Made by a program: the position numbers and the translations under genes. Shown one piece after another: positions 40,199-51,011 of a stretch of DNA of 64,000 nt. The stretch lies in contig CAWCAG010000007.1 of NCBI GenBank assembly GCA_963793425.1, positions 224,001 to 288,000 on the forward strand, read 5' to 3'. Each line of letters begins with the position of its first letter. Position 1 is the stretch's first letter. Source of the DNA: an uncultured cyanobacterium. Its GTDB lineage: Bacteria > Cyanobacteriota > Cyanobacteriia > Cyanobacteriales > CAWCAG01. The notes under the pieces are model-generated. The model ran no database searches. It worked only from the letters and a program-made list of their open reading frames with translations, and was not told the origin of the DNA.

Positions 40199-41605
40199 AT
40201 GAATCAAGCGGACTTGGCTTTTGCCCCAGCCTTGCAACAAGCCCAACTCATTCGTAATGGTGAAGTTTCTCCTTTGCAATTAGTCGAACTTTACTTAGAA
40301 CGAATTAATAAATTTAATAGCCAACTTGGAAGTTACTTCACTGTTGCCGGAGAATTAGCTTTAGAAGATGGGAAAGCCAAAACAGAACAACTTACCCAAG
40401 TTGATGTCACTCAACTACCACCCTTTTTCGGTGTACCCACAGCCATTAAAGACTTAAACGCCGTCAAAGGGATGCCTTGTAGCTACGGCGTAGCTGCCTT
40501 AAAAGAAAAAATATCTCCCTATGATGATGGCGTAACCACCCGTATGAAAATGGCGGGTTTCATCATTTTAGGTAAAACAGCTACCTCCGCTATTGGTTCC
40601 TTGCCCTATACTGAACCTCTAGGCTTTTCCCCTGCCCGAAACCCTTGGAACTTAGAATATACCCCCGGAGGGTCTAGTGGGGGGGCCGCAGCAGCCGTAG
40701 CAGCAGGTTTGTGTGGCATCGCCCAGGGTTCTGATGGTGGTGGTTCTATACGTGGCCCAAGTTCTTCTTGTAGCTTGGTGGGGCTAAAACCTTCTAGGGG
40801 TAGGGTTTCCCACGCCCCTGTGGGAGATTATCAAAGTGGCATTTCTACCAGTGGCCCCCTTGCCCGTAATGTTGAGGATGCAGCAGCTTTATTAGATATT
40901 ATGTCTGGTTATGTGGTGGGAGATCCTTACTGGCTACCCCTACCAGAAACTTCTTTTTTTCATGCCGCCCAACAATCCCCTGGACAGTTAAAAATTGCTT
41001 TTTCCACTTCCATCGCCCCTTTCGGAGAAGCAACAGCAGAAATTAAGCAAGCTGTAGAAAAAACGGCTAAACTCTGCGAAAGTTCAGGTCATACCCTTGA
41101 ATCTGCCTGTCCTGATTTTAGTGGCTTAATTAAACCGTTCACCAAAATTTGGCAAGCAGGAGTTACCGCAACAGGCATTCCTTTAGAAGCTTTGAGTCCT
41201 TTAGATCGCTGGATTGGGGAACAAGCAGGTTCAGCCGGGGAATACTTGCAAGCCGTTGCTCAGATGCAGCTTATAGCAAGGCAAATTGTTGCCTTTTTTG
41301 AAAATTATGATGTTTTAATTCTGCCTGTATATTTGCATTCTGCCCTTAAAATTGGTGAGTGGGCAAATTTAGAACCGGAAGAAACTTTACAAAAAATTAT
41401 TGCCTGGATTGCTCCTTGTCCTGGAGTTAATGCCTCTGGCTTACCAGCGATCGCCCTACCTACAGGTTTTGATCGGCATGGTTTGCCTATCGGTATTCAA
41501 ATTATCGGTCGCCCCGCAGCAGAAACAACCCTCATTTCCCTAGCAGGACAATTGGAAGCCGCAAAATTATGGGAAAATCAACGTCCTGCTTTATTCAAGG
41601 ATTAG
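40199..41605 (+). CDS. Amidase signature family protein
   Basis: GVPTAIKD, TPGGSSGGAAAAVA, GSDGGGSIRGP. Likely start is ATG 40199. Confidence 0.92.
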   Translation: MNQADLAFAPALQQAQLIRNGEVSPLQLVELYLERINKFNSQLGSYFTVAGELALEDGKAKTEQLTQVDVTQLPPFFGVPTAIKDLNAVKGMPCSYGVAALKEKISPYDDGVTTRMKMAGFIILGKTATSAIGSLPYTEPLGFSPARNPWNLEYTPGGSSGGAAAAVAAGLCGIAQGSDGGGSIRGPSSSCSLVGLKPSRGRVSHAPVGDYQSGISTSGPLARNVEDAAALLDIMSGYVVGDPYWLPLPETSFFHAAQQSPGQLKIAFSTSIAPFGEATAEIKQAVEKTAKLCESSGHTLESACPDFSGLIKPFTKIWQAGVTATGIPLEALSPLDRWIGEQAGSAGEYLQAVAQMQLIARQIVAFFENYDVLILPVYLHSALKIGEWANLEPEETLQKIIAWIAPCPGVNASGLPAIALPTGFDRHGLPIGIQIIGRPAAETTLISLAGQLEAAKLWENQRPALFKD

Positions 41606-41623
41606 GAATTAGTTGCTATTAAA

Positions 41624-41755
41624 CTAAATATTCCAGATGTGGAAATAAATAGCCGCAACTAAGACGTTGACGAATAACAAAAACAACGCCCAACCTGTAC
41701 GGAAAGGATAGGGAGGTTCACCGGATTGGGGAACGGGAGGATTTTCTTTAGCCAT
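41624..41755 (-). CDS. psaX: Photosystem I subunit PsaX (43 aa; absent from the ORF track)
   Basis: Translated by hand as MAKENPPVPQSGEPPYPFRTGWALFLLFVNVLVAAIYFHIWNI; AGGAG RBS upstream. Confidence 0.88.
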   Translation of the reverse strand: MAKENPPVPQSGEPPYPFRTGWALFLLFVNVLVAAIYFHIWNI

Positions 41756-41968
41756 TTGCAAATTCTCCTATTTGAGATTAAGTTTTTAAGGTTTTTCTCG
41801 AATTTATGCCTGAATTAAGTGTCACGCATAGGCAAATCCTAGCTTAAACTTGAGCGCAAAGTAAAATACCCCAAGGCTAAAACATTGAGGAGATAAGCTA
41901 TAAATATTTCTGCCTAGGGAAAGATTAAGATTAGAAGTATAACTTTTTCGGTTAATAATGATTTAGCT

Positions 41969-42175
41969 ATGAATAGACAAACTTTAGCTTTTATTTTTGT
42001 GGTTTTAACCCTAGCTTTTATTACTGTAGGCGATCGCGTCTTACCAGGTTCTTTAGGTCAAGCAAGTAAAAGTACTCGCGTTGGTATCAATGATTTTGTC
42101 ATGGGCTTAGTTCCAGACAAAGCCCCTAATCTCAATGAACAGAGGGAGAAGGAGGTGGAAAATTTGGGCAATTGA
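41969..42175 (+). CDS. Small hypothetical membrane protein
   Basis: One N-terminal TM segment followed by GDRVLP; contains a HIP1 site. Confidence 0.6.
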   Translation: MNRQTLAFIFVVLTLAFITVGDRVLPGSLGQASKSTRVGINDFVMGLVPDKAPNLNEQREKEVENLGN

Positions 42176-42231
42176 TTACTAAATTGCTAAATCTTGGTTT
42201 TGCTTTCAGGCTTGCAATAATATTTAGTCTT

Positions 42232-43263
42232 TTATTCTAAAGGAGACTTATCTAAGTACGCCCAAAGAACTAATTTACCAGGGCCTTTTAATTGAACAAT
42301 ACTGATATAGTAATTAGTACCTTTTATCTGATAAAGGTCTCCTCCTGCATATCCTTCATCCTTTTTCTCATAATCAGAACCGTTAGCTTCTAGCTGAGGA
42401 ACTATATCTTCTTCAAATACCTTTTTTAGAGTTTTTTCAGGAACGACTCCAATATTGATAATATTCGCTGCTTTATCTTCAAACCAATTTACCTCTTTTT
42501 GATCTTGATCAAAGGAAGGGAAAAAAATTTTTACCTGCTTTTCTATTTCTAGAATCTGATTTTCTAATTCTTTTATCTGCTCTCTCGGCGTTTTGCCGTC
42601 ATTTTCCTTATTCTTCTTCTCTACTTTTAAAGGATTGATTTGAGCTGTAATGTAGAACGTAAAAAAACGTGAATCTCCTCTAGAATCATTAGGAGTAAAA
42701 TTATCTACAAATTGTTTTGCTCTATTCTCTGCCTCTACATCTACTTCTTCTTCACCACTTCCGCTATCATCTGATTCATCATCCTCGTCACCTTCCCCAT
42801 TTTGCTTGTTGGGATCATCTTCATTATTTTCTTCTGAATCCGAACTTATAGGCTCTTTTTTATTAGACTTATTATCAGGTGAATCATCCTTCTTATCAAG
42901 ATCAGGAACGGTTTCTACCTCAGTTGGTTTAGTAACAACCTCTTTCTTAACTGGTTGAGGCTGAATATTAGGAACGGTTTTTGGAGAAGGGGAAGAAAAT
43001 ATTGGTAGTGGTTGCTTTTTCTTATTTTGCTTGGTTTCTACATTAGAAGGAACATCAAGAATGGCGATGGGAACATCTTCAATCAACTCTTCTTCAACAA
43101 CCTCCTCTTCCTCTGGCTTCTCTTCTAAGGGCAACATCAAAACTGCACCATGAAGCCCCAAAGAAGCTAACACAGCGAAAGGAAAAATCAGCTTAGGAAA
43201 AGACAAAAGCAATTTTTGATATCGCTTCTGCAATTGGTACATAGTAAAAGTATTCCCCATCAA
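42232..43263 (-). CDS. Hypothetical protein with an N-terminal membrane anchor and acidic/Pro-rich linker
   Basis: LASLGLHGAVLMLP anchor (SxxxH), low-complexity E/D/P/K tract, globular C-terminus. Confidence 0.6.
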   Translation of the reverse strand: MMGNTFTMYQLQKRYQKLLLSFPKLIFPFAVLASLGLHGAVLMLPLEEKPEEEEVVEEELIEDVPIAILDVPSNVETKQNKKKQPLPIFSSPSPKTVPNIQPQPVKKEVVTKPTEVETVPDLDKKDDSPDNKSNKKEPISSDSEENNEDDPNKQNGEGDEDDESDDSGSGEEEVDVEAENRAKQFVDNFTPNDSRGDSRFFTFYITAQINPLKVEKKNKENDGKTPREQIKELENQILEIEKQVKIFFPSFDQDQKEVNWFEDKAANIINIGVVPEKTLKKVFEEDIVPQLEANGSDYEKKDEGYAGGDLYQIKGTNYYISIVQLKGPGKLVLWAYLDKSPLE

Positions 43264-43376
43264 TATCGGTATCTCAGCTACTACTTAGTGTAGATACTTT
43301 TAGTAAAGGAGTTGTTCCAAACATTAAGCTAACTCGCCACAAATATTAAAAGGTGTAAAACTTGTTTCCAAGTCTC

Positions 43377-44444
43377 CTAGTCCCTCTTAATCACCGAACG
43401 CAACAAATCAGCCAACTTCTCCGCACTATCTTTCACTGCTAAAGTCTCTGCTTTTTTTCCCATCTCTGCTAACTTTTCTGGGGACTCTAATAAACTCAAC
43501 ACCCGATCTGCCAACTTCTGGGGGGTTAAGCTAGCTTGATCATAAACATAAGCCGCCTCAGCCTTAGCAAACACCTTAGCATTGTAGGCTTGATGGTCTT
43601 CGGCGGCATAGGGATAAGGAACTAAAATAGCTGGTGTCTTAGTCACCGCTAACTCAGTTAAAGTTCCTGCCCCAGCCCGACTAATCGCTAAATCAGCCCT
43701 TTGTAACAAAGCTGCCATATTGTTATAAAAAGGTAAAGCAATATACTGAGGATGCTGTAAACTATCGGCATCGGGATCTTGTTTTCCGGTGAGGTGAACT
43801 ACCATTGCCCCAGTTTTGAACCAAATAGGAGCGCATTGGCGTACCATTTGATTAAGGGCTACGGCCCCTTGGGAACCTCCCACCACCACAATCACAGGAA
43901 TAGATTTAGGAATTGGTAAATCTAATTCTTGATGGGTATGAAAATTTTCCCTAACTGGGGTGCTTACCCAAACTGTGCGAGAACGACCTAAAAAAGAAGC
44001 AGCATCAGCAAAACCCAAAGCCACGCGATCGCACAAAGGGCCAAATAAACGAGTCACCTTACCAGGAATAGCATTAGACTCGTGGAGAATAACCGGTACA
44101 CCTGCTAAACGGGCTGCCATAATTGTTGGTCCGGCGATATATCCCCCGGTAGTAAACACAGCATCAAATTGGCGCGTCTTTAATAAACGCCGTACTTCCA
44201 AAACCGAAAAAGTTAGTTTTTGGAAAATAGCCAAACTACCCAAACCAAGACGCTTTTGAAAACCAGTAACAGCTATAGTATGGAGAGGATATTGTTTAGG
44301 AACCAAAGTTGTTTCCAAACGATCTGGTACTCCCAGCCACTCAATTTTATAATCTCTCAACTGTTCTGCCACAGCTACGGCGGGAAATAAATGCCCCCCC
44401 GTACCACTAGCAGCTATTAATAATCGAATCGGTGCTTTAGACAC
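43377..44444 (-). CDS. murG: Lipid II GlcNAc transferase MurG
   Basis: SGTGGHLFPA, TGGY, HESNAIPG, GGSQGA, SRAGAGT, DHQAYNA. Confidence 0.96.
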   Translation of the reverse strand: MSKAPIRLLIAASGTGGHLFPAVAVAEQLRDYKIEWLGVPDRLETTLVPKQYPLHTIAVTGFQKRLGLGSLAIFQKLTFSVLEVRRLLKTRQFDAVFTTGGYIAGPTIMAARLAGVPVILHESNAIPGKVTRLFGPLCDRVALGFADAASFLGRSRTVWVSTPVRENFHTHQELDLPIPKSIPVIVVVGGSQGAVALNQMVRQCAPIWFKTGAMVVHLTGKQDPDADSLQHPQYIALPFYNNMAALLQRADLAISRAGAGTLTELAVTKTPAILVPYPYAAEDHQAYNAKVFAKAEAAYVYDQASLTPQKLADRVLSLLESPEKLAEMGKKAETLAVKDSAEKLADLLRSVIKRD

Positions 44445-44484
44445 AAGCTTTATCTGTTAAAATTCAACTCTACATAAACGACCA

Positions 44485-45360
44485 ATGACCATTGTTCTAT
44501 TATCCCAACTATCATTGATGTCCCAAATACCTTTTGCTAGCCATTCTCGACAAAAATTAAGCCAACCTACAGCTAAATTCCGTTTTGCACCCTTAAATTG
44601 GTCTTTTTCTCTACTCTTAAGTTTAAGCTTAATCGTCAGTTTAGCAGAGGTTGTCCGGGCCGATAGCCCAGAAAGCGCCCCTCAAGAAGTTAAAGAATTT
44701 CTCTCCACAATGGAAATGTCGGCTAATGCCAAAGATGCAGAACAAGTAGAACAATTTTATAGTCCTAACTTTGTCAATTCTGATGGTTTAAATCGTGCGG
44801 ATCTGATGGCGGGAATCAAGGAATTATGGACACGCTATCCTCAACTAAGTTATCGTACAGAACTTAATTCCTGGGAACAGCAGAACAATCAAATCGTGGT
44901 CGAAACAACTACATATATCAACGGTATTCAAGCTGTTCAGGGAAAAACCACTAACTTAGAAGCAACTTTGCGATCGCGGCAATATTGGGAAAATAATCAA
45001 ATTGTCCGTCAAGATGTTTTAGAAGAGAAAACCGTTTTAACTTCCGGAAATAATCCTCCCCAAGTTGAGATTAATTTACCTCAAACAGTCAGGGCAGGGC
45101 GACAATTTTTCTTTGATGCTGTGGTTACTGAACCTTTAGGAGATGATATCCTTTTAGGCATTGCTTTAGATGAAAAAGTAAATCCGCAACGCTATACTGA
45201 TCCTAGTAGCTTTGAGTTAGATTTATTACCCGCCGGAGGAATTTATAAAGTAGGTAGGGCCCCTTCAGAAACAGGCAGCCGCTGGATTTCTGCCATCCTG
45301 ATTCGCAGCGACGGTATGACTATTGTTTCTCAACGTTTACAGGTGGTGGAAAGTCGCTAA
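44485..45360 (+). CDS. Exported NTF2-like fold protein (conserved next to murG in cyanobacteria)
   Basis: Signal-like segment, FYSPNFVNSDGL, GGIYKVGRAP; start position uncertain. Confidence 0.65.
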   Translation: MTIVLLSQLSLMSQIPFASHSRQKLSQPTAKFRFAPLNWSFSLLLSLSLIVSLAEVVRADSPESAPQEVKEFLSTMEMSANAKDAEQVEQFYSPNFVNSDGLNRADLMAGIKELWTRYPQLSYRTELNSWEQQNNQIVVETTTYINGIQAVQGKTTNLEATLRSRQYWENNQIVRQDVLEEKTVLTSGNNPPQVEINLPQTVRAGRQFFFDAVVTEPLGDDILLGIALDEKVNPQRYTDPSSFELDLLPAGGIYKVGRAPSETGSRWISAILIRSDGMTIVSQRLQVVESR

Positions 45361-45386
45361 TTGCTAGCAGCTAGCTATTAACAAAA

Positions 45387-46445
45387 TCAAGGGTAAAAAG
45401 CCAACTTAGGTAGCCCCAACATCTCATCCCAACCCATCATTAAATTCAGACATTGCACCGCCTGTCCTGCTTGACCCTTGATTAAATTATCAATAGCTGA
45501 CATGACAATCACCCTATCTGTGCGAGGATCTACTTCTACACCGATATAACAAAGGTTTGTCCCATAAGCCCATTTAGTTTGGGGATAAACTCCATTAGGT
45601 AAAACCTTGACACAGTTAGAATTACGATAAAAAGCCTTGTAAATAGTTAATAGGTCATCTCGCACCAATCCAGGATCTCGTAAATTGGCATATACCGTAG
45701 AAAGAATACCTCGTACCATCGGAATCAGGTGAGGAGTAAATTGTACCCTAACCTCATGCCCTGCTAAATCACTACAAATTCTTTCAATTTCAGGAGTATG
45801 GCGGTGTCCGGCTACTCCATAGGCCCCAAAAGAATTATCTGCCTCGGCTAAGAGTAAGTTGATTTTCTTCTGTCTTCCTCCCCCAGAAGTCCCGGATTTA
45901 GCGTCAATAATAGCTGTTTCTGGCAAAATCAAACCCTGTTTCAACAAAGGAGAAAGAGCCAGTAAACTGGCGGTAGGATAGCAACCAGGACAACCAATTA
46001 ACTGCGCCCCACGAATCTTATCGCGGTACAATTCCGGTAAGCCATAAACAGCCTTAGCTGCAGTTTCATAATCGCTGCGCTCTTTTTTGTACCAAGCGCT
46101 ATAAGTATCTAAGTTATCAAAGCGATAATCAGCCGAAAGATCCAAAACACGACAACCTTTAGCTAATAAAATTGGGGCAATATCACAAGCAAGACCGTTG
46201 GGTAAACCCAGGAAGACTGCCTGACAACGGGAAGCTATTTCATCTATGTTGACTGCTTCCACCGTTTTATCAAAACAATGTTCTAAATGGGGATAAATAT
46301 CACCGAAAGATTTACCCGCACTACTATCTCCCCCTAAATAGACAATCTCAACTTGAGGATGATCAATCAGGAGTCGGACAAGCTGTACACCACCATAACC
46401 GGAAGCGCCAATAATTCCCACTGAAAGGCGTTCTGAATCAACCAT
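45387..46445 (-). CDS. argC: N-acetyl-gamma-glutamyl-phosphate reductase
   Basis: [40 protein letters not shown]. Confidence 0.96.
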   Translation of the reverse strand: MVDSERLSVGIIGASGYGGVQLVRLLIDHPQVEIVYLGGDSSAGKSFGDIYPHLEHCFDKTVEAVNIDEIASRCQAVFLGLPNGLACDIAPILLAKGCRVLDLSADYRFDNLDTYSAWYKKERSDYETAAKAVYGLPELYRDKIRGAQLIGCPGCYPTASLLALSPLLKQGLILPETAIIDAKSGTSGGGRQKKINLLLAEADNSFGAYGVAGHRHTPEIERICSDLAGHEVRVQFTPHLIPMVRGILSTVYANLRDPGLVRDDLLTIYKAFYRNSNCVKVLPNGVYPQTKWAYGTNLCYIGVEVDPRTDRVIVMSAIDNLIKGQAGQAVQCLNLMMGWDEMLGLPKLAFYP

Positions 46446-46602
46446 AAAGCTTAACCCCTAGGTACTCTTGAATCTGCTATTACTCTTAAATCTCTTGCTC
46501 TGCTGCATTTTAGTACCAAAACTGCCTTTTTGAGTATTTAATTTTAAGAATGGGGAGATTGGGGGTAGCTAAGTAATTAAGTAATACCAAATTACCAGAG
46601 CC

Positions 46603-47031
46603 TTAATAGCTGATCATCTCCACCTCCCCGTAGGTTTCTATCCATAACCTTGCCCCACCATTGTTCGGCTTATCAGGGCTATAAATTAGGCGACAAGGGC
46701 CTTTAATATCGGCTTGATGAGCGTAGATACTTTGATTGTTCCCCTGATTAAGACTGATTACTGGCTCAAACTCGTTGTTTTTCCTATTTCTGGTGATTAC
46801 TTCACGACTAACATAGATAACTTTCACTGCCGAAGAGTAAGGTTTACCCCAACGAGGAACGGGACCTCTTTGACCACGAGAAACCTTGGGTTTACCACGA
46901 TACAACGGAATCATCCAGGCTTTACCAGCTTTATAAGCTCCTTGGATGCGTTTTTGTTGGAGTAGGTAAAGTACTCTTCTAGAAGTAACCCTTAACATTT
47001 TGGCAGCTTTTTTTGTATCAATGAGTTCCAT
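46603..47031 (-). CDS. Excisionase-like helix-turn-helix protein with a C-terminal domain of unknown function
   Basis: IDTKKAAKMLRVTSRRVLYLLQQKRIQGAYKAGKAWMIP winged HTH; C-terminal GPCRLIYSPDKP..GARLWIET. Confidence 0.65.
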   Translation of the reverse strand: MELIDTKKAAKMLRVTSRRVLYLLQQKRIQGAYKAGKAWMIPLYRGKPKVSRGQRGPVPRWGKPYSSAVKVIYVSREVITRNRKNNEFEPVISLNQGNNQSIYAHQADIKGPCRLIYSPDKPNNGGARLWIETYGEVEMISY

Positions 47032-47139
47032 AATCGGCTAAATTCAAAAAGAACTGTTCTTTATAAAAAAAAGATACCATAAAATCAAGTATGAGCTATT
47101 GATATACTGACCTACTCCCCCTATTTAATTTTTTGTCTA

Positions 47140-48813
47140 GTGGAATCGCTTCAAAACAACTCTTTTAAATTTGACTCTATTGACTCTGCCCTCGCAGATA
47201 TTAAAGCTGGACTTTCTGTTGTGGTAGTGGATGATGAAAATCGCGAAAACGAAGGAGATTTGATTTGTGCAGCCCAATTTGCTACCCCTGATAACATCAA
47301 TTTTATGGCTGTGGAAGCTAGAGGATTGATTTGCCTGGCGATGACGGGCGATCGCCTTGATGAACTTGATTTACCTTTGATGGTGAATAAAAATACTGAT
47401 AGTAATCAAACTGCTTTTACTGTCAGTATTGATGCTGCCCCCAACTTAGGGGTGACTACAGGTATTTCTGCCGAAGATCGGGCCAAAACTATTCAAATTG
47501 CCATCAACCCAGCCACTCGTTCTGAAGATTTACGTCGTCCTGGTCATATTTTTCCCCTCCGCGCCCGTAAAGGTGGGGTATTGAAAAGGGCAGGGCATAC
47601 CGAAGCTGGGGTGGATTTAGCTAGGTTAGCCGGGTTGTATCCCGCAGGAGTCATTTGCGAAATTCAAAATCCTAATGGTTCCATGGCTAGGTTGCCAGAA
47701 TTAAAGGAATATGCTCAAAAACACAATTTAAAATTAATTAGCATTGCGGATTTAATTAGCTATCGCTTAAAACATGATCGCTTTGTCTTTCGGGAAACCG
47801 TTACTAAACTCCCTTCCCTATTTGGGAATTTCCAAATTTACGCCTATCATAATGCTCTTGATGATACAGAACACGTCGCTATTGTCAAGGGAAACCCCGT
47901 TCAATTTAAAGATCGTCCCATTATGGTGCGAATGCACTCAGAATGTTTAACTGGAGATGCTTTAGGCTCCCTGCGTTGTGATTGCCGGGGACAACTGCAA
48001 TCTGCTTTGAAAATGATTGAAGCTGCTGGGGTAGGAGTGGTAGTTTATTTGCGTCAAGAAGGGCGAGGCATTGGCTTAATTAATAAGTTGAAAGCCTACT
48101 CCTTACAAGATTTGGGTTTAGACACCGTAGAAGCCAATGAACGTTTAGGTTTTCCGGCCGACTTACGAGACTATGGTATGGGGGCGCAAATTCTTAATGA
48201 TTTGGGGGTTAAGCAAATTCGTTTGATTACCAATAATCCTCGTAAGATAGCTGGGTTGAAAGGTTACGGTTTGGAAGTTGTAGACAGGGTTCCTTTGTTG
48301 ATCGAGTCCACTGATCATAATTCTAGCTACTTAGCTACCAAAGCTAGTAAGTTAGGTCATTTACTATTACAAACTTATTTAGTCACCGTAGCCCTTGACT
48401 GGCAAGATGAAATGTTACCCCTTACAGCAGGCTACGAACGTTTAGAGAAGCTACGTTATTTAGCCCAATGCCATAACCTCCTATTGCAAGAAGAAGCCAG
48501 ACCAGTAGCTTTAGCGCTATTTAGCCAACCAAATTTAACCGTCCATCTCGGCTTTGATCAACCTCAACTAGCAGGTAGCAGTTGGTATCAAGATCAAAAT
48601 CACCCTTACTTAAAGGCGATCGCTCAAATACTTGACCATCTCGTTACTTGGCCAAGTATCAAACGTTTAGAGTTTTTAATCGCCCCCAGTTGTGACCCCA
48701 TGACTAGTTTACAGATTAAATTAGATCGAAAACATTTCCCCTTAAGCAGTAAGCCTTCCCAGTTATTCAGTAACTTAGAAACCCAAATTATCTATAGCTT
48801 TTCACAGATTTGA
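47140..48813 (+). CDS. ribBA: Bifunctional DHBP synthase / GTP cyclohydrolase II
   Basis: DDENRENEGD, RPGHIFPL, GHTEA, VRMHSECLTGD, RCDC, QEGRGIGL, TNNPRK, plus the cyanobacterial C-terminal extension. Confidence 0.96.
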   Translation: MESLQNNSFKFDSIDSALADIKAGLSVVVVDDENRENEGDLICAAQFATPDNINFMAVEARGLICLAMTGDRLDELDLPLMVNKNTDSNQTAFTVSIDAAPNLGVTTGISAEDRAKTIQIAINPATRSEDLRRPGHIFPLRARKGGVLKRAGHTEAGVDLARLAGLYPAGVICEIQNPNGSMARLPELKEYAQKHNLKLISIADLISYRLKHDRFVFRETVTKLPSLFGNFQIYAYHNALDDTEHVAIVKGNPVQFKDRPIMVRMHSECLTGDALGSLRCDCRGQLQSALKMIEAAGVGVVVYLRQEGRGIGLINKLKAYSLQDLGLDTVEANERLGFPADLRDYGMGAQILNDLGVKQIRLITNNPRKIAGLKGYGLEVVDRVPLLIESTDHNSSYLATKASKLGHLLLQTYLVTVALDWQDEMLPLTAGYERLEKLRYLAQCHNLLLQEEARPVALALFSQPNLTVHLGFDQPQLAGSSWYQDQNHPYLKAIAQILDHLVTWPSIKRLEFLIAPSCDPMTSLQIKLDRKHFPLSSKPSQLFSNLETQIIYSFSQI

Positions 48814-48878
48814 TCAGCTATTTTTTAGCTAAATAAATCATCTATTTTGATAATGAAGTAGGAAAGATTAGTCATAAT

Positions 48879-49063
48879 GGCGGTAAGTCTGGCGGTTATT
48901 CATTCTCCAGTTGTCTTTCCCCACAACCCGCAGGCATATGGGTGACTCACATCACCCAGTTTGTTCAGATTTCATCACCCTTACCTTTCTGATGGTATCA
49001 CCGCAGTAGCTATGTTGAGATCCCTCATTTAGGTAGATAAAGTTCACCGTCAGACACAAGGTT
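48879..49063 (-). ncRNA. ssrS: 6S RNA (cyanobacterial 6Sa/SsaA)
   Basis: About 185-nt intergenic block. Minus-strand termini pair (GTCTGACGGT...ACCGCCAGAC). Internal GCTACTGCGGTGATACC, CAGAAAGGTAAGGG, GAGTCACCCATA and GGGGAAAGAC match cyanobacterial 6S as I recall it. Confidence 0.78.
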
Positions 49064-49247
49064 GAATCACCAACTTAAGTTGGTGAAAGTGGGATATTAA
49101 TATGTATCGGAAGTATCAGAGAGTTTTTGGAATCCTCCGATGTTTTTTATTTTTTAAAGGCTTGAAATAACTTACTTGTTTTCAAGTAAGTTATAGCCAA
49201 TTTTTTCAGCACGTACAAGATGAATATTAAATTTTTCATCTCTTAAA

Positions 49248-50975
49248 ATGAACAACCAACAATTCACTATACTGATTATCAGCGATCAAACTAATGAACT
49301 AAGTTATTTGGCGAATTTATTGGTTGAAGAAGGATATTTGATAGAAACATTTACTTCTATTGAATTAGCTAGAGACGCTGTAGAAAATCTCCAAATTAAT
49401 CTGATTCTTATTGACCTGAGATTACCGAATCCAGAGGTTTACCAACTTGCTAAAAGTTTCAGAAACCAATCTCAAACAAGGGAAGTTCCCATTATCTTCT
49501 CTGTCGATTTAGATAATAATTTCGACCGTTCAGCAATTTTTGCGATAGAGAACTGCGATTACTTGATTAAGCCTTGGCTTAAAGAAGAGATTATCGCTCG
49601 TCTGGGTAATCAACTAAGCTCCAAAAAAGTGCCAAAAAATCTGCTATTAACTCGGCAAATATTTGATTGTAGTCAGCAATTTATTTTTGCCCTAACCTCA
49701 GCAGGTAAGATTCTTGAAGTTAACCAAAAAGCGCTAAATTTTGGTGGTGTTGCTCGAGAAGATATAATTAATTGCCCTTTGTGGGAAACAAGCTGGTGGG
49801 CAGATTCTGCGGCAAATCAAGAGCAGTTAACCCAGGCGATCGCAACAGCAGCGACAGGGAAGTTAGTACGTTACGATGCGGAGATTCAAGGAGAAGGTGA
49901 TGAGATCGCCAATATTGATTTGACGATTCAACCCATCCTTGATGAATCAGGAGAAACTGAGTTTCTCCTTTGTGAAGGTTGGGAAATTACAGCTAGGAAG
50001 TTAGCAGCAGAATTAGCTAACCAGGGCAAAAGCCAATTTTTAGTGAATATGAGTCATGAACTTCGTACTCCCCTCAACGCGATTATTGGCTTTTGCCAGT
50101 TATTAATTAGCGATCAATCTTTAACCTCAAAACAGCAAGAGTATATAGAAATAATTGAGCATAATAGCGATTATTTATCATGCCTAATTAATGATATTCT
50201 AGAAATATCTGCCATTGAAGCTGGGCGAGTAACTCTCAATCAAACTGGTTTTGATTTTTATGAATTTCTAGATGCTCTCGAAGAAGTTCCCCAAATTAAA
50301 GCGGTTTCTAAGGGCTTAGAGCTAAACTTTGAGCTAGATGCCGATTTACCTCAACGGATTTGTACAGATAAAGCTAAGCTGCGGCAAGTTTTAACTAGCT
50401 TGCTCGATTATGCTATTAAACATACCCAAGAAGGGCAGATATGCTTAAATGTTTCTTCAAGGGTTGATAACGAGCAAACGTTAATTCAATTTGAAGTTTC
50501 TAATGCTAGTTCTGGTATAAGTCCAGCAGAATTAGAACAATTATTTGTACCCTTTGAACAAAGAGCAAGAGAAGAAAAAGAAGAGTCAAAAGCTCAGAAA
50601 AACCTGGCTTTATTAATTACTCAAAAGCTGGCTCGCTTGCTGGGAACACAAATCAATGTTACTAAAGAAATAAGGCGGAAAAGTATCTTTAGTTTTGAGA
50701 TTTCTGCCCAAGAAAAAGAGATTTCGTCTGTAATGCAAACCCCAAGTCTGACTCCATTGCCCCCAACTCTAACGGTAGAGGATCTAAGGGTGATGTCGAG
50801 GGAATGGATTGAGCAGTTATATCAAGCAGCCCTTGCTGTAGATGATAAACAAATTTTGTCTTTAGTAGAGCAAATCCCTGCAAGGGAGGCGAATTTAGCG
50901 GAACTAATTACTAATGCGGTTAATAGTTTTCGTTTAGATATCTTAGTAGAGGTGATCGAAGATTATAAAAAGTAG
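49248..50975 (+). CDS. REC-PAS-HisKA-HATPase-like protein with degenerate ATP-binding boxes
   Basis: Intact [10 protein letters not shown] box reads [11 protein letters not shown]1 reads NASSG, G2 reads QKNLAL. Confidence 0.8.
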   Translation: MNNQQFTILIISDQTNELSYLANLLVEEGYLIETFTSIELARDAVENLQINLILIDLRLPNPEVYQLAKSFRNQSQTREVPIIFSVDLDNNFDRSAIFAIENCDYLIKPWLKEEIIARLGNQLSSKKVPKNLLLTRQIFDCSQQFIFALTSAGKILEVNQKALNFGGVAREDIINCPLWETSWWADSAANQEQLTQAIATAATGKLVRYDAEIQGEGDEIANIDLTIQPILDESGETEFLLCEGWEITARKLAAELANQGKSQFLVNMSHELRTPLNAIIGFCQLLISDQSLTSKQQEYIEIIEHNSDYLSCLINDILEISAIEAGRVTLNQTGFDFYEFLDALEEVPQIKAVSKGLELNFELDADLPQRICTDKAKLRQVLTSLLDYAIKHTQEGQICLNVSSRVDNEQTLIQFEVSNASSGISPAELEQLFVPFEQRAREEKEESKAQKNLALLITQKLARLLGTQINVTKEIRRKSIFSFEISAQEKEISSVMQTPSLTPLPPTLTVEDLRVMSREWIEQLYQAALAVDDKQILSLVEQIPAREANLAELITNAVNSFRLDILVEVIEDYKK

Positions 50976-51011
50976 TTTAATAATGGACAGTTGTTAATTG
51001 CTAAAAAAACT

